DNA of 64,000 nucleotides from Actinomycetota bacterium (GTDB taxonomy: Bacteria; Actinomycetota; Actinomycetes; Mycobacteriales; Mycobacteriaceae), in NCBI GenBank assembly GCA_036338755.1, contig JAYZBN010000007.1, positions 3,702 to 67,701 of the forward strand. The letters run 5' to 3'. Under the pieces are notes generated by a model that saw only the letters and a program-made list of their open reading frames with translations, was not told the DNA's origin and made no database searches. Shown here one piece after another: positions 1 to 9,614 of this stretch (position 1 is its first letter; the number at the start of each line of letters is the position of its first letter). The position numbers and the translations under genes were made by a program.

Positions 1-50
1 ACAACGGATGGGCACGCCCCATCCTGCCCGACCCAGGTGCCGCCGATGCT

Positions 51-758
51 GTGACAAAGATCGACTACGACTTCGACGGCCTGGGGCTCGTGACGCCCGT
101 GGTTTGTCAAACATCCCTGCGCGCAAAACTTCTCGACGACCGAGTGCGCGCGTTCATCGCCCAGTACGCCGACGCCGTGGTGGTCGATCTGGGCGCGGGG
201 CTAGACGACGGGTACGCCCGTGTCGATCCACCGGACACCATCGACTGGTACAGCGTCGAGCTGCCCGGGCTGGCCGCCCTGCGCGACAAAGTGATGCCAC
301 CGGGACCTCACGAACACACCATCGGAATCTCCGTGACCGACCCTGAGTGGATATCGGGGATTCCGGCGAACCGCCCCGCGATCGTCGTCGCCGACGGATT
401 GTTCCCCTTCCTCAACAAGGAGCAGATCATCGCGGTGATGCGCGCGATCACCGACCACTTCCCCGCCGGACAACTGACGTTCAACGACTACGGACGCATG
501 GTGATTGGCGTGTGGATCTCAAAGTTGTTCCCGCAGCAGATGTTCAAGAAGGTAAACCAGCTCCGTGCGTTCGAGGGTTACAACGACCCCCACACGCCGG
601 AACGCTGGAACCCCAAACTCAAGCTCGTCGAGGAGACCAGCCTGACGAGTGTGCCCGAGGTGGACCTATTTCCGACGTGGTTGCGAATCTCGACACGGAT
701 GGCGGGGTGGAGCAAGTCGACCGCACGGTCTGCGCGCATCCTGAGGTTCAGCTTTTAG
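51..758 (+). CDS. Class I SAM-dependent O-methyltransferase (LCM/TcmP-like mycobacterial Omt family)
   Basis: 235-aa ORF with the SAM-binding-like core VVDLGAGLD and overall resemblance to the multi-paralog mycobacterial putative O-methyltransferases. GC-rich third codon positions. Confidence 0.75.
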   Translation: MTKIDYDFDGLGLVTPVVCQTSLRAKLLDDRVRAFIAQYADAVVVDLGAGLDDGYARVDPPDTIDWYSVELPGLAALRDKVMPPGPHEHTIGISVTDPEWISGIPANRPAIVVADGLFPFLNKEQIIAVMRAITDHFPAGQLTFNDYGRMVIGVWISKLFPQQMFKKVNQLRAFEGYNDPHTPERWNPKLKLVEETSLTSVPEVDLFPTWLRISTRMAGWSKSTARSARILRFSF

Positions 759-806
759 TATCGTCGGAGTGCTCTGGTGCCCCTCCGTTGCGTCCGGCAT
801 CACCGG

Positions 807-1268
807 TCAGCTCATGAACGGCCGGATGGCCAACAGGTAGATCACCAACGCCCCCAGCGGGGCCACCAGCGGCAACCACGGCAGCTGCAAGGGAAACGAC
901 ATCGCGACCAGCCCGGCGAACGTAAACCCCACGGCGCCGGCCGCCGTCGGCCAGCTGTCCAGCACCACCGGGGCGGACGCGCCGGCCGCATGGCGGCATA
1001 CCAGGTAGGCGGCGCCGGACAAACCGGACAGCGCGACGAATATCACCGGCGGGTTGGACAGCATTGCGGTGACCGCCGCGAGCAGCACGGCAACCGTTGC
1101 GGCGGGGCGAAATACAATGCCGACCGCGACCGCGATCAGCGCCGCCACCCAGGCGGACACCGCCGCGCCATGCCAACCGTCGGCGGCCAGGCCCACCATG
1201 AGCAGACCGAAGCCCGTCGCGAACGCGGGCGCTCCCACCCGCGTCAGCGCGCTCGTTCCGTTATCCAC
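807..1268 (-). CDS. Integral membrane protein, last gene of the MoxR cluster (Rv3162c position)
   Basis: Product is almost entirely hydrophobic helices (GFGLLMVGLAADGW, VAALIAVAVGIVF, LPLVAPLGALVIYLLAI). A GTG at 1268 overlaps the DUF58 stop codon (1261-1263). The ORF stays open up to 1481, so the start is uncertain. Confidence 0.6.
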   Translation of the reverse strand: MDNGTSALTRVGAPAFATGFGLLMVGLAADGWHGAAVSAWVAALIAVAVGIVFRPAATVAVLLAAVTAMLSNPPVIFVALSGLSGAAYLVCRHAAGASAPVVLDSWPTAAGAVGFTFAGLVAMSFPLQLPWLPLVAPLGALVIYLLAIRPFMS

Positions 1269-2520
1269 GAAGCCTCCCCCGCACTCGCCGGCGGCGATCC
1301 GGCAGCACGCCCATGGACTGCTCCAGACCGCTATCGCCCGGCCACGACACGATGTCCACCCCGATCGTGGCCATGTCCCGGTACATGGCGGAGCGCTGCA
1401 GCGCCCACATTTGATCCACCAGGGGATCCTGTTCGTCTTCGAACGGCGAACGATCGAGAATGTCGACGGCCAGCACGACATGGCCGCGCTTACGCAGATC
1501 GATCAAGGCCAAGGCGAATTCGGTGTCGAGCAGGGTGGAGAACGCGATGACGATCGCCCCCGCGGGAACCGCCGCGCGCGGCGCCAATGTGCCCGTGGTG
1601 TGTTCGAACCGGTCGCCGGCGTTCAGGACGGTGTCGAGCACCCGATAGAACTGACGCTGCCCGATGTCGGCGCCGAGCCAGCGCGGGCGGTTACCCCCGA
1701 GGGCGACGATGCCGGCGCGATCACCGTGGCGCAACGCGGTTTGCACCACCTGCGCCGCTCCGCGCACGACGCGTTCGGTGGCCTCGGTCGCCGGACCCGC
1801 GGGCTGCCGGTACCCATCGATCAAGACCACCACATCGGCGGCGCGGTCCGTCAATCGCTGTGTCACGTGCAATTGGCCACGACGCGCGCTCACCGGCCAA
1901 TTGACCGCGCGCAGTTGGTCGCCGGGCACATACAGGCGAATGTCGGCGTACTCCACTCCCGGACCGACATGGCGGGTCAGGTGGGCACCCAACCGGTCGA
2001 GCAGCTCCGTCTGCGGAATGGGCGTCTGCTGTGGCGGCGTCAAGGGAAACACGATGACCTCGGCGGCCCCGACGGTGGCCGTCCCGGTGAGCAGCCCACC
2101 GCGCGCAACGACGTCGATGCGAACCCCGATCGGATACCGGCCCCAGCGCCGCGCGGTCGCCGTGACGGTTTTCTCCTGAGCCGCATCGGATTCGGCGATT
2201 CCAAGCTCCATGCCCGCGATGTCGGGGACCGTGACCTGTACCGCAGAAGTCCCGTCTTCTTCGGTTGCCCACACCCTGATGTGCGCCTGCTCGTTTTCGA
2301 AGCAACGCTGGGCGTCGGGCTCGCCATGCACCAGGATCGTCGGGACCGGCCGCTGCCAGCTGATCGAGCACAACACGCCGAGCAGCGGTGCCGCGAAGGC
2401 GAGCAGCTGCCAGCGGGCGCCGATCACGGCGGCGGCCATCGCAAACCCCGCGCAGGTCGCGATCGCCCGTGTCAATTCTGATGCGCGCCAGCGGAACTCG
2501 ACTGCCACGCTGGATATCAT
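1261..2520 (-). CDS. DUF58 (vWA-like) protein, MoxR partner
   Basis: Start chosen at MISSVAVEF, where the ATG overlaps the moxR stop codon as ATGA (2517-2520). Two N-terminal TM segments followed by a DUF58-type domain (VVVLIDG...). Canonical MoxR-DUF58 gene pair. Confidence 0.85.
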   Translation of the reverse strand: MISSVAVEFRWRASELTRAIATCAGFAMAAAVIGARWQLLAFAAPLLGVLCSISWQRPVPTILVHGEPDAQRCFENEQAHIRVWATEEDGTSAVQVTVPDIAGMELGIAESDAAQEKTVTATARRWGRYPIGVRIDVVARGGLLTGTATVGAAEVIVFPLTPPQQTPIPQTELLDRLGAHLTRHVGPGVEYADIRLYVPGDQLRAVNWPVSARRGQLHVTQRLTDRAADVVVLIDGYRQPAGPATEATERVVRGAAQVVQTALRHGDRAGIVALGGNRPRWLGADIGQRQFYRVLDTVLNAGDRFEHTTGTLAPRAAVPAGAIVIAFSTLLDTEFALALIDLRKRGHVVLAVDILDRSPFEDEQDPLVDQMWALQRSAMYRDMATIGVDIVSWPGDSGLEQSMGVLPDRRRRVRGRLRG

Positions 2521-3497
2521 GCCGGGTTCTCTCCGCCGCCGGCACCGGTTCGCGGCACGGGTAGGCGGTGCAGCAACTCCCCGATCACGTCGGCGCCCTG
2601 GATCTTTCGTACCCACATCTCGGGGCGCAGGGTGATCCGGTGCGAGACCGCCGCAATCGCGAGCGCCTTCACGTCCTCGGGGATGACGTAGTCGCGGCCG
2701 AGCAGCAGCGCGCGGGCGCGGGCGAGTTGCACGAGATCGAGTTCGGCGCGCGGACTGGCACCCACCGCAACCTGCGGATGGTGTCGCGTCGCATTGGCCA
2801 GCGACACCACATAATGCAGGACGTCTTCGTGCACGGTCACCTGCTCGACCGATTCACGCATGGCCAGCAGGTCGTGTGCGTCCACGACTTGGTTGACCGT
2901 CGGTTCCGCCGAACCGCGTTCGAGGCGGCGGCGCAGCATCGAGGTCTCGTCTCGCTCGTTGAGATACCGCAGTTCCAGCCGGATCGCGAACCGGTCGAGT
3001 TGCGCCTCGGGTAGTGGGTATGTGCCCTCGTACTCGATCGGGTTGTCGGTGGCCAGCACGATGAAAGGCTCTGGCAGTTGGTGTGTTTCGCCGTCGATGC
3101 TGACCTGGCCTTCGGCCATCGCCTCCAGCAGCGCCGCCTGGGTTTTGGGCGGTGTGCGATTGATCTCGTCGGCCAGAAGCAAGTTGGTGAAGATGGGGCC
3201 GGGCCGGAACGCGAAGCGGCCGGACTGCATGTCGTAGATCGTCGAGCCGAGCAGGTCCGCCGGCAATAGGTCTGGGGTGAACTGCACCCGGGTGAATTGC
3301 AACCCCAGCGCGGCGGCAAACGATCTCGCGATCAGCGTCTTGCCCAGGCCGGGCAGGTCTTCGATGAGGATGTGGCCGCGCGCGAGGACCGTGGTGAGGA
3401 TGAGCCGCAGCGCGGACCGCTTCCCCACCACCACGCGTTCTATTTCGTCGAGAATCGCCTCGCAGTGGGCGGTCGTGGTCGCGGCCGGCAGCGTCAT
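2517..3497 (-). CDS. moxR: MoxR-family AAA+ ATPase
   Basis: Walker A region LIEDLPGLGKT, Walker B LLADEINR, and typical MoxR sequence throughout. Start at MTLPAATTT (ATG at 3495-3497), 20 nt after the upstream gene ends. Confidence 0.95.
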   Translation of the reverse strand: MTLPAATTTAHCEAILDEIERVVVGKRSALRLILTTVLARGHILIEDLPGLGKTLIARSFAAALGLQFTRVQFTPDLLPADLLGSTIYDMQSGRFAFRPGPIFTNLLLADEINRTPPKTQAALLEAMAEGQVSIDGETHQLPEPFIVLATDNPIEYEGTYPLPEAQLDRFAIRLELRYLNERDETSMLRRRLERGSAEPTVNQVVDAHDLLAMRESVEQVTVHEDVLHYVVSLANATRHHPQVAVGASPRAELDLVQLARARALLLGRDYVIPEDVKALAIAAVSHRITLRPEMWVRKIQGADVIGELLHRLPVPRTGAGGGENPA

Positions 3498-3516
3498 GTT
3501 GGGATCGCGCCTCCTG

Positions 3517-3999
3517 TCATACCTGCTCCAGCTTTTGCAAAATCTCCTGCAGCGCCGCACGGCCCGGGCCGGGTTGGCGGTCACCGCTGCGAATGACGTT
3601 GTTGGGATTGACCCACTCCCACAGTTCCGGACCGAAGAGGATCCGGCCGGTCGCGTGGAAGGAAACAGGATCCTTGGACTGCCTTTGGCCGGTCGTCATC
3701 TCGTAGCGGCGCGCGAGCATTGGGCGCAGATGCCGGTCCCAATCGGCCCGGGTGGACTCCGACCACCGAATCGTCGTCTCGGTGTTGGACAGCCAGCGGC
3801 GCAACGAATCCCCGAGATCGTCAACGTCCGGCTCCGCGTCGGCATCGAATCCACGTGCCAGCGCACGACGCAGGCTCAGCAGCACCAGAGCCAGCCCTAG
3901 ACCGGAGGCCGCCAACACCCATCGTCGATCATGCTGGGACAGTGCCAACAGTTCTATGCCGATGATCAGGCAAATGCCCAGGGAGATAATCTTTTTCAT
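3517..3999 (-). CDS. Small membrane protein of the MoxR cluster (Rv3165c position, same 160-aa length)
   Basis: 160-aa ORF with two N-terminal TM helices. Its start overlaps the upstream gene's stop codon by 4 nt (3996-3999). Confidence 0.7.
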   Translation of the reverse strand: MKKIISLGICLIIGIELLALSQHDRRWVLAASGLGLALVLLSLRRALARGFDADAEPDVDDLGDSLRRWLSNTETTIRWSESTRADWDRHLRPMLARRYEMTTGQRQSKDPVSFHATGRILFGPELWEWVNPNNVIRSGDRQPGPGRAALQEILQKLEQV

Positions 4000-4979
4000 G
4001 CAACGCTCCGCGAGCCCAGCTCGTCGAGGACCAATTGAAGGACGCGCACCGCAACGTCGCGGTGGCCCTCGTTCATCACATGGGGGCTGAACCGCGCTTC
4101 AGCGAACAGGTTCACCAATTGGACGGCGTTGTCGGCGTGCAAAGCGTGGTGCTCCACCGCGCGGGCCAACACCTCGGTCGGAGTATCGAATTCCTGGGGC
4201 ACTGCGCCGGGAACCTGCGCGAGTTCACGTTCCATCGCGGCGTAGCAGGCGATGATCGCCTCACGCGGCTCTCGGCTCAGGTCGGTCATCTCGGCCAATC
4301 CACGCTCGGCCGCTCGCGCCAGCGACTCCGAACGTGCCGGGGGCGGCGGGGGTTCCGCCGGCTCGTCGGCGATGCCCGGAACCGCCGGACGCCAGCGCCG
4401 CCGCGCCGACGCGACCGTCCCGGCGACGAACATCCCCAACATGGCGACGGTGCAGGCGAGCAGGATTCCCAGCATGTTCTGCGATGCGTCGCGCGGACGG
4501 CTCGGATGCTGCTGCGACGGTGGCTGTGCGGGAGGCTGTGTCGACGGCGCTGCGCCGCTGTCGCGCGGTGACGGGCCGGGCGCGACGCCGTGGGGCAGAT
4601 ACCGGGTCAGCAGTATCACGACCCCCAGCCATGCCACGATCACGGCGAGTCCGATCAACAGCACGCGCCAGCTGGGTCGTCCCCTGCCGGTGCCCAGCAT
4701 GTCGGACAGCTGGCCAGCACTCGGCGCGGAAGTACGGGGGTCCCGCAAGCGCGCGACCACGGCGACCGCGATCAACGCAAGCGTCACGGCGAGAATCGCT
4801 ACCACGAAGGCCAGCGCCGCCCGGCCGCCCGACTCGCTGCGCGCCGCATCGTGCCGAGCCGGAAGGTAGCCGCGCAGGGCGGCGGCGACCACGAACAGCA
4901 GAACGATCAGGGCAACGACTCGCCCTGTCGGCTTGTCCATACCAGGCATTGGCACGCCACTCGATCGGTTTTTGCGCAC
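3996..4979 (-). CDS. DUF4129-type membrane protein (Rv3166c position)
   Basis: 327-aa ORF with several TM helices, a Pro/Gln-rich linker, and a C-terminal block typical of DUF4129 proteins that accompany MoxR/DUF58. Confidence 0.75.
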   Translation of the reverse strand: MRKNRSSGVPMPGMDKPTGRVVALIVLLFVVAAALRGYLPARHDAARSESGGRAALAFVVAILAVTLALIAVAVVARLRDPRTSAPSAGQLSDMLGTGRGRPSWRVLLIGLAVIVAWLGVVILLTRYLPHGVAPGPSPRDSGAAPSTQPPAQPPSQQHPSRPRDASQNMLGILLACTVAMLGMFVAGTVASARRRWRPAVPGIADEPAEPPPPPARSESLARAAERGLAEMTDLSREPREAIIACYAAMERELAQVPGAVPQEFDTPTEVLARAVEHHALHADNAVQLVNLFAEARFSPHVMNEGHRDVAVRVLQLVLDELGSRSVA

Positions 4980-5181
4980 TGGCTTTCCTCATACTTGCAC
5001 GTCAGACGAGCATGACGCCAGGAAAGAAGCGGTGGGCGCTCGCGTCCTCGACTATTGGCGATTCGTCCTGGTTCGTCGCCGGTCCGCCGGTCGGATCTTG
5101 CCTATCCCCGTCGAGACGATCGACGCCGCCCTGTTGCCGCCGTGGGTGGCACCGCGAATCGCCGCGTGCACCGACACCAAG

Positions 5182-6171
5182 TCACAGCTCGTCGGCGTCA
5201 ATGCGTGACAGCACGATGTCAAATCTGTCGCGGCGCTCCAATCGCGCGAGGTCGCGAAGCCGCTTCGGGGCGCGAACATCCTTTGACCACAGGTAGCGCC
5301 ACGGCCAGTAGTTGGCCGGCATCAGGTAGACGTGGTAACCGCGCTCGAGGTAGGGCCGCAGCACATCGATGGGTCGCAGCCGCGGATCGCTCCAGCATTT
5401 TGCCTCGACCTCGACAAAGATTTCCGCCTCCGATGCGAGTTGATCGAGGGATGTCAGCATGCCGGTGAGCACGCGGTCTTCGGCGCTCTCCACATCAATT
5501 TTGATCAGGCGCGTGGTGGCCAGTTCCTCGCGAGTCACCAGTGATCCGAGCGGTGCGGCACGCACGCGGCCGTGTTCACGGAGTAGAGGGTGACCTTGAG
5601 CCGCTCGGGGGACCGTCGTGGAGCGGCCCAGAGACAGGAAGCTGGGTCCGACGAACAGCGGAAGTTCCTCGTCGCGATCCGAGACGGCGGCACTGACCAG
5701 GCGTATGTTGGCGAGATCGTTCATCGCAATCGTTTGCCGTAGTGCGGTGTTCGCGATGGGAGCCGGTTCTATGGCCACAACGACGCCGCGCGGACCGACT
5801 AGTCTGCTGGCCATCGCGCTCTTGTACCCGACGTTCGCACCGACGTCGATGAAGGTGTCGCCGGGCCGCAATCGGCGCCGCAGGAATGCCGTGAGGTCGG
5901 GTTCCCACGTTCCGAATAAGTACACGAACGTCTGGACACCGTCTGGCAGACGGCATCGAAAATGGATGCCGTCTTCGGTGGTGTGATCGACGGTCAGCGG
6001 CCGCAACAATGTGGCGCGGATCAAGAGCACCAAAGCTACTACGTAGTACGGCACTACTACCGGCAATCCCCGCATGAGGCGCTCGGCAACACCGACGTGT
6101 TCCTTATCGGTCCGGAGAGATTGTATGTATTTCCGCCATAGCGCCAACATCCGCGCCTCGATCATTTGCAC
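5182..6171 (-). CDS. FkbM-family SAM-dependent methyltransferase with an N-terminal TM anchor
   Basis: Motif FIDVGANVGY and overall Methyltransf_21 (FkbM) layout. N-terminal helix VVVPYYVVALVLLI. The 5' part of the gene is noticeably less GC-rich than its surroundings. Confidence 0.8.
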   Translation of the reverse strand: MQMIEARMLALWRKYIQSLRTDKEHVGVAERLMRGLPVVVPYYVVALVLLIRATLLRPLTVDHTTEDGIHFRCRLPDGVQTFVYLFGTWEPDLTAFLRRRLRPGDTFIDVGANVGYKSAMASRLVGPRGVVVAIEPAPIANTALRQTIAMNDLANIRLVSAAVSDRDEELPLFVGPSFLSLGRSTTVPRAAQGHPLLREHGRVRAAPLGSLVTREELATTRLIKIDVESAEDRVLTGMLTSLDQLASEAEIFVEVEAKCWSDPRLRPIDVLRPYLERGYHVYLMPANYWPWRYLWSKDVRAPKRLRDLARLERRDRFDIVLSRIDADEL

Positions 6172-6400
6172 AGCCTAGCCTCCGATACGTCGATGCATGT
6201 GAAATCGCCACTTGCGGAGGGAAAATCGCGATTACCGGCATGTGCCGGCGAACGAACGACACATGCGTCTGGCCCTTGAGCCCACCCTCAAGGGTGACCT
6301 GACGAAAGACCGATCGATACCTCCTGGCTGACGCTTCTCGTCTGCCTAGTCACGAAAGTGCTTGCCCTGCAAAAGATAGAGACGATGAGTGATGTGCAAA

Positions 6401-8626
6401 TCAGCTCTCGGCGAGCGCGCGGTCGGCCAGCGCCCCGATCGCCGGAGCCAATAGCCGGGAATAATCGCCGGTCAGGTGATTCCAGTCCGCGTACACGAGG
6501 GCGTTGCCGACGATGACGGGACAGCGGTCAGCGGTGCAGAACAGATCGGTCACGTCGGCGTACTGTCCGCCCGCGGCTTTGGTGGCGGCCGACTCACCCG
6601 CGATGCCGGACTCGTTCACCGCCCGCGATCGTGGCGGCGAGCAGGCTGTCGCGTCATCGAGATGCCCGGACAGGCAGACGGGAACCACCACATGGGGATC
6701 CGGGATCGGCCCGAGCACCAAGACTTGGGTACCGATGCCGCGCAGCTGCTGCACGAGGCGGGTCAAGCTGCCCATCCACGCCGAGTCATATGTCCTGAAA
6801 TCGGGCACCCAACCGAAGCTGGATTCATACCCCCGCCACATGCTCACCACGACCAGTCGCGGCCGCTCCGCACGCAGGCGGGCGATGATCCGATCGCGCC
6901 ACTGGTCGCAGTGCAAACTGCGCGTGTTTCCGATCGGTATGTCCATCAACGGGCAGCCCGCCTTCATCAGCATCTCCAGGCGCCAGCGCCGCTGGGTGCC
7001 CAGCTGTCGGAATGCGGGATTCCACATCATGGCATGTGAGTCGCCGACCAGGGCCACCGTGGTGGTGGAGGTGGTATCGCCGGTCGCGCATTCGGGTTGG
7101 TCGACTTGGAAAAAATCGCGCATGCAGCTGTCGAGGGTCATGGCTCTGAGTTGGTTTTCCGCATCTGCAAGCGCCGGGGTCAGATTCGACGGTACGGCTT
7201 TCAGGTCCGCGGATGCCGCGAGCGCGGTCTGCACTTGGGCGAACGCGCGCTGCACCGCCGCGTTGTAAGCGTCGATGTTGCGCCCCGTTGGAGGGGGCGA
7301 TGCGTTGATGGTCGGCGCCGGAGCTGGTGCACCCCGGCCGACCGGAAGTGGCATCCATACCAGCAGCGCCACGCCCACACAGACCGCTAGCGCGGTGGCG
7401 CCGGCGCCCAGCGCGAGACTACGAAGCGGAGAGCGGCGTATGGCGGCGGCGAATCGAAACGGGTTCTCGATGAGATGCAGTGTCAGCACTGCCAGCCCGC
7501 CGGAGACGAATACCGCCGCCAACCTGCCGACCAAGCCCAGTGAGTGGCCCAGCAACGGCGCCGCGAGCACCAGCACCGGCCAGTGCCACAGGTACCACGA
7601 ATACGACACCCTGCCGATCGCCCGCATCGGCGACAATGCCAGGACGCGCCCGCATCCATAGGAGGGCGCGGCACAGCCGGCGCCGATCACCAGCGCCGCG
7701 CCCAGCACCGGCCAAAGGGCAGCAGTCCCCGGATAGGGCGTGGTCGTCCTCAGCAGGGTGCAGGTCAGCAAGATGATCGCCAGCCCTGCCCATCCCGCAA
7801 TCGCGGCAAGCGTCGCCGGAAGCCGGCGCCAGTGGCCCGCCGTCAAAGCCACCAGACCGCCTGCGGCCAACTGCCATGCACGGGTGGGCAGCGAAAAGAA
7901 CGCAAAGGAAGGCACCACGTAAGTGGCCGCCAGCGACAGCGCGAACGACACGACCGCGACCACCGCAAGGACCGCCAGATACGGGCGTTGCGACGAGGGG
8001 GCCTCAGCCTTGCTGCGGCGTCGCACGCGCCGGATGAGCCATGCCGTACCGATGATCATGGGCGGCCACACCAAATAGAACTGCTCTTCTACGCCCAAGG
8101 ACCAGTAATGCAGGAACGGCGAGGGCAAGACAGCGGTGAAGTAGTCAACGGCTTGCAGAGTGAACCAGTAGTTCCCGACATACAGCGCGCTGGCGATGCC
8201 ATCCCCAAAAACGGTACGGGCCTGCAACGGAGGTAACACGATCGCCGAGACGATCACCGTGATGACGCCGACCGTGGCAGACGCGGGGAGCAGTCGGCGG
8301 GCACGCGCCCCGTAGAAACGGCGCAGCCGCACGGTGCCGACGGTGCTCACCTCGCGCCACAGCAGCCCCGTGATCAGAAAGCCGGAGATCACGAAGAACA
8401 CGTCGACGCCGACGTACCCACCACCGACACCGGGCACGTCAGCGTGAAAAAGGACAACGCCCAACACCGCGACCGCGCGCAAGCCCTCGATGTCTGACCG
8501 AAAACTTGCCGGTGCCGAGCGCTGTCCCTGAAGCCCTTCGACGGAACTAACGTGGCTCTGGCCCAAGGTCACCAACTTCGTAAGAGGATGCGTCCTTCGA
8601 GTAGGGGCATTGTTACATTTCGCCAC
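6401..8626 (-). CDS. Acyltransferase-3 (OafA/YrhL-type) membrane protein with a C-terminal SGNH domain
   Basis: N-terminal AT3 signature (LRAVAVLGVVLFHA...VDVFFVISGFLIT) and about 10 TM helices. C-terminal extracytoplasmic part contains VALVGDSHAMMW (SGNH block I). The start is probably downstream of 8626. Confidence 0.85.
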   Translation of the reverse strand: MAKCNNAPTRRTHPLTKLVTLGQSHVSSVEGLQGQRSAPASFRSDIEGLRAVAVLGVVLFHADVPGVGGGYVGVDVFFVISGFLITGLLWREVSTVGTVRLRRFYGARARRLLPASATVGVITVIVSAIVLPPLQARTVFGDGIASALYVGNYWFTLQAVDYFTAVLPSPFLHYWSLGVEEQFYLVWPPMIIGTAWLIRRVRRRSKAEAPSSQRPYLAVLAVVAVVSFALSLAATYVVPSFAFFSLPTRAWQLAAGGLVALTAGHWRRLPATLAAIAGWAGLAIILLTCTLLRTTTPYPGTAALWPVLGAALVIGAGCAAPSYGCGRVLALSPMRAIGRVSYSWYLWHWPVLVLAAPLLGHSLGLVGRLAAVFVSGGLAVLTLHLIENPFRFAAAIRRSPLRSLALGAGATALAVCVGVALLVWMPLPVGRGAPAPAPTINASPPPTGRNIDAYNAAVQRAFAQVQTALAASADLKAVPSNLTPALADAENQLRAMTLDSCMRDFFQVDQPECATGDTTSTTTVALVGDSHAMMWNPAFRQLGTQRRWRLEMLMKAGCPLMDIPIGNTRSLHCDQWRDRIIARLRAERPRLVVVSMWRGYESSFGWVPDFRTYDSAWMGSLTRLVQQLRGIGTQVLVLGPIPDPHVVVPVCLSGHLDDATACSPPRSRAVNESGIAGESAATKAAGGQYADVTDLFCTADRCPVIVGNALVYADWNHLTGDYSRLLAPAIGALADRALAES

Positions 8627-8726
8627 GCCGAGTGGACCGTTTTGCAGGGCATTCCGGACGCGCGCACCGGCGGCTCACGAACGCGCTTACGTGGCAACAA
8701 GCCCACGTCGAGGTCCAGCTGCCCGC

Positions 8727-9614
8727 CTAGTCCGTCGCGAAGGGACGAAAGCTGCCGTCGAGCACCTGGTGGTGACCGATGGTGCGCCCGGTGACCCTGG
8801 CGGGATCGACCAGGGCCAATTCGACCGCCGCGCGGGCGAATTCGTCCTGCGACGCGGTCTCATCGAAGTTGCGGGCATAGTACGAAAGCCCTGGCGTGAG
8901 AATCGGTTTGGAGGGCGATAGGGCATTGACCGCGATGTTGTGGCCGGCGAGATCGAAGGCCGCGCACTGGGTGAGGTGCTCGAGCGCGGCCTTCGATCCG
9001 CCGTATCCGGGCAGCACCCCGCCGCTGCGGTCGGCGTACGGGCCGTTTCCGGGCAACCGCGACGCGACCGAGGTGATGTTGATGATCGAGCCGCCCCCCG
9101 CCTCGATCATGTCGGGGCACACCAGCTGCATCAGCTCGTAAGCCGCGAACACCGCGATGTCGAAATGCCTGCGGTACGCATGCAGTGGCGTGCTGACGAA
9201 CCCGGGCCAGCCGGGTTTGACGGCGGCACCCGCTTTGGCGTGAGCACCCGCTTTGGTGGCCTTGTCGCGCGGCTGGTCGCTGCTTGCGGGTGGCCGCCCG
9301 GGGGCGGTGAAGGCCGCGTTGTTGATCAGAATCCCGATGGGGCCCAACGCCTGTCGCGCCGATTCCACCAGCCCGGCGACCTGATCGCGGTCGGTCAGAT
9401 CCGCCCGAATCGGCACCGCACGCCCGCCGGCCGCCTCGATGTCGGCGACCGTGTCACCGATGGTCCCCGGTAGCCGTTCGTCCCACACCTCTTCGGTCCG
9501 CCCGGCGACCGCCACCGCGGCGCCGTCGGCCGCCAGGGCCAGCGCGATCGCCCGGCCCAGGCCGCGGCTACCGCCGGTGACGATCGCGGCGCGGCCCGCC
9601 AGCCGTCCCGTCAT
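8727..9614 (-). CDS. Short-chain dehydrogenase/reductase
   Basis: TGGSRGLGRAIA Rossmann motif and the YGGSKAA catalytic YxxxK. The ATG at 9612-9614 overlaps the TetR stop codon (ATGA). Confidence 0.85.
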   Translation of the reverse strand: MTGRLAGRAAIVTGGSRGLGRAIALALAADGAAVAVAGRTEEVWDERLPGTIGDTVADIEAAGGRAVPIRADLTDRDQVAGLVESARQALGPIGILINNAAFTAPGRPPASSDQPRDKATKAGAHAKAGAAVKPGWPGFVSTPLHAYRRHFDIAVFAAYELMQLVCPDMIEAGGGSIINITSVASRLPGNGPYADRSGGVLPGYGGSKAALEHLTQCAAFDLAGHNIAVNALSPSKPILTPGLSYYARNFDETASQDEFARAAVELALVDPARVTGRTIGHHQVLDGSFRPFATD

